In this document: positions 9,901 through 15,917 of the stretch, in pieces
Numbering within the stretch: position 1 is the first letter of the stretch
How the letters are laid out: each line of letters starts with the position of its first letter
Source of the DNA: Clostridium facile
Lineage (GTDB): Bacteria; Bacillota; Clostridia; Oscillospirales; Ruminococcaceae
Assembly (NCBI RefSeq): GCF_014297275.1
Contig: NZ_JACOQK010000001.1
Span: 1,453,584-1,485,583 of the forward strand
Direction: 5' to 3'
Length of the DNA: 32,000 bases
Made by a program: the position numbers and the translations under genes
Notes under the pieces: generated by a model
Database searches by the model: none
Told to the model about the DNA's origin: nothing
What the model saw: only the letters and a program-made list of their open reading frames with translations

Positions 9901-10207
9901 CTACATTCATAAAGTAAAGGATAATCAGGACATCTACTTTATCGCAAATTCCAGTGATACTGCTATGAATATAACCGTTTCACTGCGTGGAGAAATGGAA
10001 CAGCCAATGCTGTGGGACCCCATGACAGGAACAAAACAAGCAGCAACCTTTACAGTAGAAAATGGTATTACAAAAGTTCAATTGAGCTTAACTGGAATAC
10101 AATCTATGTTTATTGTAGATGAAACCCAACCGGTGGTAGAAGAAACAGATAAATCGATATTACAGACAGTCATTCAGTATGCGGAAAACGCAAAAAAAAA
10201 CGGATGA
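6977..10207 (+). CDS. Secreted multidomain glycoside hydrolase with two CBM32 (F5/8 type C, discoidin) domains. The enzyme-bearing part of a frameshifted ~1,400-aa surface protein.
   Basis: ATG at 6977 lies 13 nt after GGAAAGGAG. The signal peptide MKKRVKFMSLLLAGCLCLQCTGMVSFA contains a lipobox-like LAGC. The N-terminal RPLWFWN...GFGILP...LYDENGFPS..AGG resembles the GH106-like 'glycosylhydrolase jelly-roll' group from memory (family not verified). There are two discoidin units. The ORF stops two codons after an A9 run. Confidence 0.85.
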   Translation: MKKRVKFMSLLLAGCLCLQCTGMVSFAKSETSGNQLWFDFQTPPDSSKTRPLWFWNTELDEMTPEKVRELVRESYQQSGYNGFGILPNWISQYLSDNYFELYEAALDEGSKYGMQFSLYDENGFPSYNAGGLLEENYPELTTKRLDKFEQDASNGEKVYLSLPEGKLMGAVAMNMDTMERIDISDQATIVDPPPFSPDTQPLGVSASSTYSVTSGYEASKAVDGELSTRWNAESLSGGGEYLQINFGEEKTFDSVKVYEDKLEELHRTKDYSIQYWDIAENRWKTVATGTKITDQGATHSFEPVTAQLVRLYIRNITQDSASISEFQIFNGNQQLEVPPTPLVPEKAGYSASSVYEIEAGYEADKAFDGDMTTRWNAAARGTAPQWLEISFGEVRNVNKAVLYEDLDRITSFHLQYWNGDSWVDCATGSTIGSAGLTLNFDSVQTTKMRLLMDGLNGMSPTIWEIELYDGNTKIQINEDQQQPESSHLEYTVPDGSWKVMAFMCVKDGNNGMDYLDADSVRAFIDITYEEYYSRFQKYFENGTITSAFYDEPTFWPWPGTTPYGAEGARLWTPEYNKAYEETFNGESPVLNYPALWYEIGKDTDEARNKLQYVRTELFAENYIGQIADWCDDHGIDLMGHMLLEEWVNPVGLHGDLMKVFKDQQIPGVDVIGSYGYTQEAYKIISSSANNWDKGVVMSESFGAMGENMDKNILHKSSMDQYAKGVNMIIPHAIWYDNINHVDAPPELSYRNERYREELPIYNNYMGRLNTMLQDGRHVADIAMLYPIDYLESSFIFNGDANNPSDADYMRVGETLSLTARRDFTYLHPDIIDERCSVDGDTFHLENETNYEDYKVFVIPGTKVISLSNLEKIKDFYDNGGKVIATTQLPYRGIEDSENEQVISIIKEMFQVDPVTGQSLASSTGEYTKNTNAAGGTAYFIQTGFETKLQTVLDDALPTYDVEIDQVPAISGGNLSYIHKVKDNQDIYFIANSSDTAMNITVSLRGEMEQPMLWDPMTGTKQAATFTVENGITKVQLSLTGIQSMFIVDETQPVVEETDKSILQTVIQYAENAKKNG
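7586..8383 (+). repeat. Tandem protein-level duplication: two CBM32/F5-8 type C carbohydrate-binding domains
   Basis: Unit 1 (about 7586-7966): ASSTYSV..GYEASKAVDGELSTRWNA...QYW...VRLYI...ISEFQIF. Unit 2 (about 8018-8383): ASSVYEI..GYEADKAFDGDMTTRWNA...QYW...MRLLM...IWEIELY. Confidence 0.8.
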
Positions 10208-11123
10208 ATATACCAATGCAATCCCATCTGTCAAAGATAGTTTTGACAAGGCTTTGACCGATGCGAAAGCAATCAATGATAATGATTCCGCAACCCAGGA
10301 ACAAATAGACACAGCATGGAGAACATTATTGAATGAAATCCATAAACTAGGATTTCAAGTAGGTGATAAAACAAAACTGCAAGCACTGTATGATGAAATG
10401 AGCAAAGTAGACCTAGACGATTACAAAGATGGTGTATCCAAAGAGAATTTTGTAAAAGCATTAGAACAGGCAGCAACAGTGTTGGCAGACCCAAATACAA
10501 TGCAAAAAGAAATTGACAAAGCATACGACGAACTGGAAACAGCATATAGCCTGTTAGAAAAGGCAGCAGATAAAAGACAACTAAAAGCATTAATCGAAGC
10601 GACAAAAGAATATCAACAAGAAGAATATACAGAAAATACCTGGGGAATCTATGCAGAAGCGAAAGCAAAAGCAGAAGAAGTCTATAACAATGTAGACGCA
10701 ACGCAAGAAGAAATCAATGAAGCAGCAGATAACCTGCTAGCAGGAATGCTACAATTGAGATTCAAAGCGGACAGCTTATTAGAGGAAGTAGTGGAAGAAG
10801 CAAAAGGAATCGATTTAAGCCAATATACAGTAGAAAGCGCAGCAACCTTCCAAGTACTGTTAGCAGAAGCCCAGGAAATGTTAAACAACAATGACCTAAG
10901 TAAAGAAGATGAAGGGACAATTAATGCAAAAGCAATGGAACTGAAGGCGGCACAAAGCAAACTGGAACCAATAAGGACAGCAGGAAGTGAAGCGACCCAA
11001 ACCGTACAAGAAAGCGCAACACCAAAAGCAGATGCAGCGAAAACAGGGGATGTTGTTTCAATCACAGGATTAGGACTATTGATATCAGGAATCAGTTTAC
11101 TCATTTTACGCAAGAAAAAATAG
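10179..11123 (+). CDS. FIVAR-like helical repeat module plus C-terminal sortase-type sorting signal. It is +1 out of frame with the upstream glycosidase ORF and probably not independently translated.
   Basis: Four helical repeats of about 65 aa with ATQE(Q/E)I(D/N).A motifs. The C-terminus is AAKTGD + VVSITGLGLLISGISLLIL + RKKK. There is no SD before the ATG at 10179 and no signal peptide. It overlaps the upstream ORF by 29 nt. Confidence 0.7.
   Translation: MRKTQKKTDEYTNAIPSVKDSFDKALTDAKAINDNDSATQEQIDTAWRTLLNEIHKLGFQVGDKTKLQALYDEMSKVDLDDYKDGVSKENFVKALEQAATVLADPNTMQKEIDKAYDELETAYSLLEKAADKRQLKALIEATKEYQQEEYTENTWGIYAEAKAKAEEVYNNVDATQEEINEAADNLLAGMLQLRFKADSLLEEVVEEAKGIDLSQYTVESAATFQVLLAEAQEMLNNNDLSKEDEGTINAKAMELKAAQSKLEPIRTAGSEATQTVQESATPKADAAKTGDVVSITGLGLLISGISLLILRKKK
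10192..10200 (+). repeat. A9 homopolymer at the frameshift point of the glycosidase gene
   Basis: gcg gaa aac gca aaa aaa aac gga tga. There are nine consecutive A. Deleting one A joins the two ORFs as ...AENAKKTDEYTNA... Confidence 0.95.
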
Positions 11124-11215
11124 CTATAAAATGATTTTATGAAACCATATTTCCAATATTTCTATTGAAATGTTTCCATCATCTAATGCACATTTTAAGC
11201 AAAAATAAGGTATAC

Positions 11216-11248
11216 AAAAACGCACCTGATAAAACAGGTGCGTTTTTT
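11216..11248. terminator. Bidirectional rho-independent terminator
   Basis: AAAAA + CGCACCTG (11221-11228), loop ATAAAA, CAGGTGCG (11235-11242) + T6. Lies between convergent genes. Confidence 0.85.
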
Positions 11249-11428
11249 ACTGTTTTTATAAAATCTTCTGATCGCCATACAAGTAGGAAGAAATCGACTT
11301 CTAATCATTTTATTAAAAATATAGTCAAAATTAGTATCCATTAGATGTAGAAAAAATTTTTTATCCATTGAAATAGGTTATTGCCATGGTAAAAGAAATT
11401 TTCTATTGTAAAAAGGAGCCAATTAGAA

Positions 11429-12667
11429 CTACGATTCCGCTTTATTTTTACGGATGATTGTGCCAGTCTGTAATACTCCCTGATAGGGGATTTTAAATTT
11501 CATCATTGCATGGCAGGCGGAATCTACCAATTGGTTTTCTTCATCAAAAATCTGACTGATTACCATCTCAAAAGGTTTTTTGCCCGGCTCCAATACCTCT
11601 ACGGTATCCCCAGCCAAAAATTTATTTCTTTGGGTGCAATACGCAAATTCACCATCTGTACGGTCCACAATTGCCACAACATCAAAATTTCTCAAATAGC
11701 CACCATTTTCATAATACTGTCCATCTTCAGGACGGCCAAGCAAAAATCCTGTGTTATATCTGCGATGGCTCACTTTGCAAACCTCATCCAACAGCCAAGG
11801 TTCCAACTGGAAATGTTCTGGATCCCGCTGATATTGATCCAAGGCAATCCGATAAGCATTGGTAATAACTGAAACATAATAAGAGGATTTTGCCCTTCCT
11901 TCAATTTTTAAACTAGTAACACCAGCTTGTGCCAACTGGTCAATATATTCAATCAAACAAAGATCTTTGGCATTTAAAATATAGCTCCCTTTTTCATCCT
12001 CAAAAATCGGAAAATACTGGCCTGGGCGTTTTTCTTCTACTAAATGGTATCCCCAACGGCAAGGCTGGGCGCATTCTCCCCGGTTAGCGTCCCTGTCAAC
12101 TAGATAATGAGACAACAAACAACGGCCAGAAAAAGACATGCACATAGCGCCATGTACAAAAACCTCAATTTCCAAATCAGAAGGTGTTTTTTCTCGAATG
12201 GTACGGATATCGTCAATACTTAATTCACGGGCTAAAACAACACGTTTTGCTCCCATACGATACAGCTCATTGGCAGTACGGTAATTAACAATCCCTGTCT
12301 GCGTAGACATATGAACTTCAACTTCTGGTGCATACTCTCTTGCCGCCGCAAAAACCCCCATATCCGCAATAATAAAAGCGTCCACACCAGCATCCCGGGC
12401 ATTTTTCAAAAACTCCGGCAGCTGGTCTGCTTCCTCATTTGTGGGAACTGTATTACAAGTTAAATAGACCCGTACACCATGTTCATGGGCATAATCTACT
12501 GCTTTTTTTAACATGGGAAAATCAAACTTTGCGGATACCGCACGCATGCCAAATTGGGATCCTCCAAGATATACTTCATCCGCACCAAAACGGATTGCTG
12601 CAACCAAACGTTCAAAATCCCCCGCTGGAGACAATAGTTTTGGAAATGATTGATTTTGATTGTTCAA
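11429..12667 (-). CDS. Peptidase U32 family protein (probable TrhP/YrrO-like RNA hydroxylation factor)
   Basis: U32 signature EVFVHGAMCMSFSGRCLLS. TTG start at 12667 lies 7 nt after AAGGGGGA, immediately downstream of the mltG stop. The annotated upstream ATG at 12745 would overlap mltG by 64 nt and has no RBS. Confidence 0.85.
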   Translation of the reverse strand: MNNQNQSFPKLLSPAGDFERLVAAIRFGADEVYLGGSQFGMRAVSAKFDFPMLKKAVDYAHEHGVRVYLTCNTVPTNEEADQLPEFLKNARDAGVDAFIIADMGVFAAAREYAPEVEVHMSTQTGIVNYRTANELYRMGAKRVVLARELSIDDIRTIREKTPSDLEIEVFVHGAMCMSFSGRCLLSHYLVDRDANRGECAQPCRWGYHLVEEKRPGQYFPIFEDEKGSYILNAKDLCLIEYIDQLAQAGVTSLKIEGRAKSSYYVSVITNAYRIALDQYQRDPEHFQLEPWLLDEVCKVSHRRYNTGFLLGRPEDGQYYENGGYLRNFDVVAIVDRTDGEFAYCTQRNKFLAGDTVEVLEPGKKPFEMVISQIFDEENQLVDSACHAMMKFKIPYQGVLQTGTIIRKNKAES

Positions 12668-12681
12668 AAACGAAATCCCCC

Positions 12682-13938
12682 TTATATTAAACCGGCTTTT
12701 TTCAGGTTTTGATTGTGTTCTTCTAATGTTTTTGCATAAAAACATTCTTTTGTTTCAATATTAGCACAGAAATAATAATAATCTGTAGTTGCAGGATGTA
12801 AGACAGCCTGGATGGCATCAATTCCCGGATTACAAATTGCCCCTGGGGGTAAACCAGGTGTAACGTAGGTATCATACGCCTCCGCAATAGCATCCGATGT
12901 TCCTTCTGATTTTAAATTCCCTGAAATTTCCTTCGCATAACTTTTAGTAGGATCACATTCCAATTTCGGGTATTGGTCAGAATTATGGATACGGTTCATT
13001 AGAACAGATGCTATTTTTGGCATATCCTCTATACTTCCAGCCTCAGCCTGGACAATAGAAGCCAATGTAATCACTTCATCCAAACTAAATTCGGAGGATT
13101 TAATCTGTTCATAAAGGTTTGCTTCTTGCATATGTTCATCAAATGCCTGTAAAAACTTACGCGCAACAGATTCTGCATCCTCATTTTTAAAGAAATTATA
13201 GGTATTTGGAAAAGCATATCCTTCCATCACATGATATTTAGAATCATTCTTTTCCTCTGTGAGCATATCCTGATAGGCAAAGTCAAACGAATTCTCCTCT
13301 AAAGCCCGCAAGAACTGGTCTCCATCACAAACGCCGTTCGTTTCTAATAAACGCACAATTTCATCCAAGGTAGAACCCTCTGGAAAAGTAATTTTTATCA
13401 CATTCGGATTTTCTGATGGCACCATATTCAATTCTTCAATAATCGCGTCATAGTCCCATTTTGCGCTAAAACTATGGACTCCCGCCTGAAATCCAGAACC
13501 TTCTCCACGCATTTTTACTACAAAGCGGAATAACCATGGTTGATCAATGATACCTTCCTCTTTTAGTAATTTGGAAATTTGCGCAGTAGTAGCACCGGAA
13601 GGAATTTCAATATCTGCTGATATCGCTGGTTTACTCAAGGCAAATACATCGTTAAAACCTGTTAAAATGGTGAATGCAAGCCCAATAGAAATGATAATAA
13701 TTATTCCGGCTACTAAAAATCCTGTCCACTTTTTTCCTTTTTTCTTCTTTTTCACTGATTTACGGCTTGGCTGTTCTATTGAGTTTTTTTCTTCCTTTTC
13801 TGCTAAAAACTCTTTATCAGAAGTACTGCTAAAAATCACTGTATCATCTTGTATATCTGAAGCAGACACTGTCGAAATTTCCTGTTCTTTTACTGGTTCT
13901 TCCGTTATTTTTTGTTGATCCTTTTCCTGTTCTGACAT
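12682..13938 (-). CDS. mltG: Endolytic murein transglycosylase MltG (YceG-like)
   Basis: Acidic/lysine-rich N-terminus, a single TM helix (WTGFLVAGIIIIISIGLAFTIL), a YceG-like body with ASIVQAEAG, and C-terminal DYYYFCAN. AGGAGGG RBS. Confidence 0.9.
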   Translation of the reverse strand: MSEQEKDQQKITEEPVKEQEISTVSASDIQDDTVIFSSTSDKEFLAEKEEKNSIEQPSRKSVKKKKKGKKWTGFLVAGIIIIISIGLAFTILTGFNDVFALSKPAISADIEIPSGATTAQISKLLKEEGIIDQPWLFRFVVKMRGEGSGFQAGVHSFSAKWDYDAIIEELNMVPSENPNVIKITFPEGSTLDEIVRLLETNGVCDGDQFLRALEENSFDFAYQDMLTEEKNDSKYHVMEGYAFPNTYNFFKNEDAESVARKFLQAFDEHMQEANLYEQIKSSEFSLDEVITLASIVQAEAGSIEDMPKIASVLMNRIHNSDQYPKLECDPTKSYAKEISGNLKSEGTSDAIAEAYDTYVTPGLPPGAICNPGIDAIQAVLHPATTDYYYFCANIETKECFYAKTLEEHNQNLKKAGLI

Positions 13939-13948
13939 GGATTCCCTC

Positions 13949-14545
13949 CTATTTATTACTACTTTTTTCTAGGTGCTTCTTAAATTTTTCTGTTACCAGC
14001 CATTGTACTGCCCTATCATATTTTCCATGAGGCAAAGATGGGTGTAAACAGCTGGAATAACAAATTCCAACTGTAGTTCCATCATACTGGTTTAAAAACC
14101 GGTCATAATATCCTTTTCCATACCCTAAACGGAAGCCGGATAAATCAAAAGACAAACCAGGAACAATACAAAACGAATTCGGAAATTGGTTTAAAATATA
14201 ACAATTTTGTTTTGGCTCTAATACAGAAAATGTTCTAGGTTCTAAATCCTCCATGGATTGTATTTCACAAAAATCCATCAATCGGGTTCCATCAATACAA
14301 CGAGGCACAACCACTCGTTTGCCTGTACTCCAAGCATGTGCCATCAACTGATGAGTATCCACCTCTATTTCAGTGGAAACAAACGTAATCAACATATCCG
14401 CCTGTTGATATTGCTTTAATGAAATGACCCTTTCAAAAATATCATTATCCTTTTTTTGTTTCATCTGTGGGTCCATGGTCCGCCGGATTTGTTTATATTT
14501 TTGGCGGAGCTCCTGTTTTATTGGGCGAATATCCTGTTTTACCAT
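13949..14545 (-). CDS. 5-formyltetrahydrofolate cyclo-ligase (MTHFS)
   Basis: About 198 aa with the N-terminal K..LR......R pattern, VVVPRC, and the GYGKGYYDRFL motif typical of the family. Its start overlaps the DJ-1 stop (ATGGTAA). Confidence 0.85.
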   Translation of the reverse strand: MVKQDIRPIKQELRQKYKQIRRTMDPQMKQKKDNDIFERVISLKQYQQADMLITFVSTEIEVDTHQLMAHAWSTGKRVVVPRCIDGTRLMDFCEIQSMEDLEPRTFSVLEPKQNCYILNQFPNSFCIVPGLSFDLSGFRLGYGKGYYDRFLNQYDGTTVGICYSSCLHPSLPHGKYDRAVQWLVTEKFKKHLEKSSNK

Positions 14546-15075
14546 TGTACCTGTTGAGCCAGAATTTCGGCTTTCTCCTTACCCAAAAGCTGTTCTACTA
14601 AAGCAAAACTAAATTGTTGAGCGGCCCCAGCCCCACGGGAAGTAATAATCGTACCGTCCACACAGACTGGTTGATTTTGGTAGTTCGCTCCGATTAAATC
14701 CGGTTCAAATCCTGGAAAACAGGTTGCTTTTTTTCCTTGCAACAAACCCTTATGTCCCAAAATACTTGGAGCTGCACAGATTGCACCAATTATGTGATGG
14801 TTTGCTGTACAAACATCAATTGCCTGTTGGACAATCTGGTTTTTCTCTAAATTTAAAGTACCTGGCATACCACCTGGCAGTACAATCATTTCAATCTGGT
14901 CAAAATTCACTTGATCTGGAGTAATATCCGTATGTACCATAATCCCGTGAGATCCGGTCACAATCTGCCCCGTCACCCCAACAGAGCATACTTCAACTCC
15001 AGCACGGCGGAGATAATCCAATGGAGTTAACGCTTCCACTTCCTCAAAACCTTCTGCTAAAAATAAGTATACCAT
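14539..15075 (-). CDS. DJ-1/PfpI (ThiJ/YajL-like) family protein
   Basis: MVYLFLAEGFEEVEAL...LPGG..G and the nucleophile-elbow IGAICAAP. The RBS AAGGAGGA overlaps the GNAT stop. Confidence 0.85.
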   Translation of the reverse strand: MVYLFLAEGFEEVEALTPLDYLRRAGVEVCSVGVTGQIVTGSHGIMVHTDITPDQVNFDQIEMIVLPGGMPGTLNLEKNQIVQQAIDVCTANHHIIGAICAAPSILGHKGLLQGKKATCFPGFEPDLIGANYQNQPVCVDGTIITSRGAGAAQQFSFALVEQLLGKEKAEILAQQVQW

Positions 15076-15088
15076 GATAAACTCCTCC

Positions 15089-15910
15089 TTAATCTAACAT
15101 TGTATTCATATAAAACTTTGTCCAATCAATATCACAAGGCCGTAAAATGCGTGCCAAACCATAAAGCCTTGTATTTCCTGGAAAAGACACTTCTGCCTTT
15201 TTTACATCCGCAAACTCACAAATGGCAGACAGGTCATTTTCTAAGCTTTCCTCCTGGGAGGAAATTTCCTGTACCCACAACTTCCTTTTTTCTTTATAAT
15301 ACACAGCATAAGAGCTGGTTGTTTCAGTTTCAATTTTGGTAACAAATCCGCCCGCAATCTTTACCTGTTGATAGATTAAAGCAATCATCTCCGGACTATG
15401 TTCCAAATAACTGGAATGGTTACGTTCATATTCTAATTTCATCTGAACAAATTCTTGTTCTGATAAAGGGGATAAAATAGAAGCTGTGCTTTTTGCTGGG
15501 TATTCTTTTTGTCCAATCAGGATTGGTGTTGTAAAATCCTGTTTTTCATAGAAATCTACCAAGCTTTTTGTCTGGGGAATTAACAGTGAAGCGACTTTTC
15601 CTTCTCTTGCCGCAAAATCACAGGCATACTCAATCAAACTGTGCATATACCTACGCCCCTGATATTCTGGCAAAGTGGAAGCAGCATAAATATAAAAAGC
15701 TGGATATCGGTTACCATTGGAAACTAAAGTAATATCAATCATATCCAACATCGAAGAAACGGTTCCATCCGATTCCCGCATAATTAAAGTTTTGGCAACT
15801 TCCCCGCGATGTTCGTAATAAGATTGGATATAGCTATCTGGGTCGCTAAAACATGCCATCCAGATTGCCTGTAACGCTGGAATATCTTGTTTGGTTGCAA
15901 ATTCAATCAT
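15089..15910 (-). CDS. GNAT family acetyltransferase with a C-terminal extension (Eis-like architecture)
   Basis: The N-terminal MIEFATKQDIPALQAIW and QGRRYMHSLIEYA (acetyl-CoA loop-like) are GNAT features, and there are about 130 extra C-terminal residues. ATG at 15910 lies 7 nt after the DUF2156 stop and is preceded by AGGTGAG. Confidence 0.7.
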   Translation of the reverse strand: MIEFATKQDIPALQAIWMACFSDPDSYIQSYYEHRGEVAKTLIMRESDGTVSSMLDMIDITLVSNGNRYPAFYIYAASTLPEYQGRRYMHSLIEYACDFAAREGKVASLLIPQTKSLVDFYEKQDFTTPILIGQKEYPAKSTASILSPLSEQEFVQMKLEYERNHSSYLEHSPEMIALIYQQVKIAGGFVTKIETETTSSYAVYYKEKRKLWVQEISSQEESLENDLSAICEFADVKKAEVSFPGNTRLYGLARILRPCDIDWTKFYMNTMLD

Positions 15911-15917
15911 TCTGTTC

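Noticed and set aside
10190-10200. Programmed -1 ribosomal frameshifting on the A AAA AAA slippery heptamer.
   Set aside because: The downstream ORF is in the +1 frame (equivalently -2) relative to the glycosidase ORF, so a canonical -1 slip would not join them. DNA or RNA tract-length change, or a sequencing error, fits better.
10273-11113. Two long antisense ORFs (142 and 143 aa) covering the FIVAR/anchor module.
   Set aside because: They have low-complexity Leu/Ser-rich translations, no RBS, and lie exactly opposite a well-supported sense-strand repeat protein. They are explained by the T-poor, purine-rich sense strand removing antisense stop codons.
11249-11428. A 180-nt feature-less spacer downstream of the U32 gene, including tiny ORFs (a 23-aa plus-strand ORF from 11386 and a ~35-aa minus-strand ORF running through the terminator).
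   Set aside because: There are no convincing RBSs. One candidate reads through the terminator hairpin, and I recognise no RNA motif. There is insufficient evidence for a gene or sRNA.
12668-12745. The N-terminal extension of the U32 ORF from the ATG at 12745.
   Set aside because: It overlaps the end of mltG by 64 nt and has no SD. The TTG at 12667 with AAGGGGGA upstream is the coherent start.
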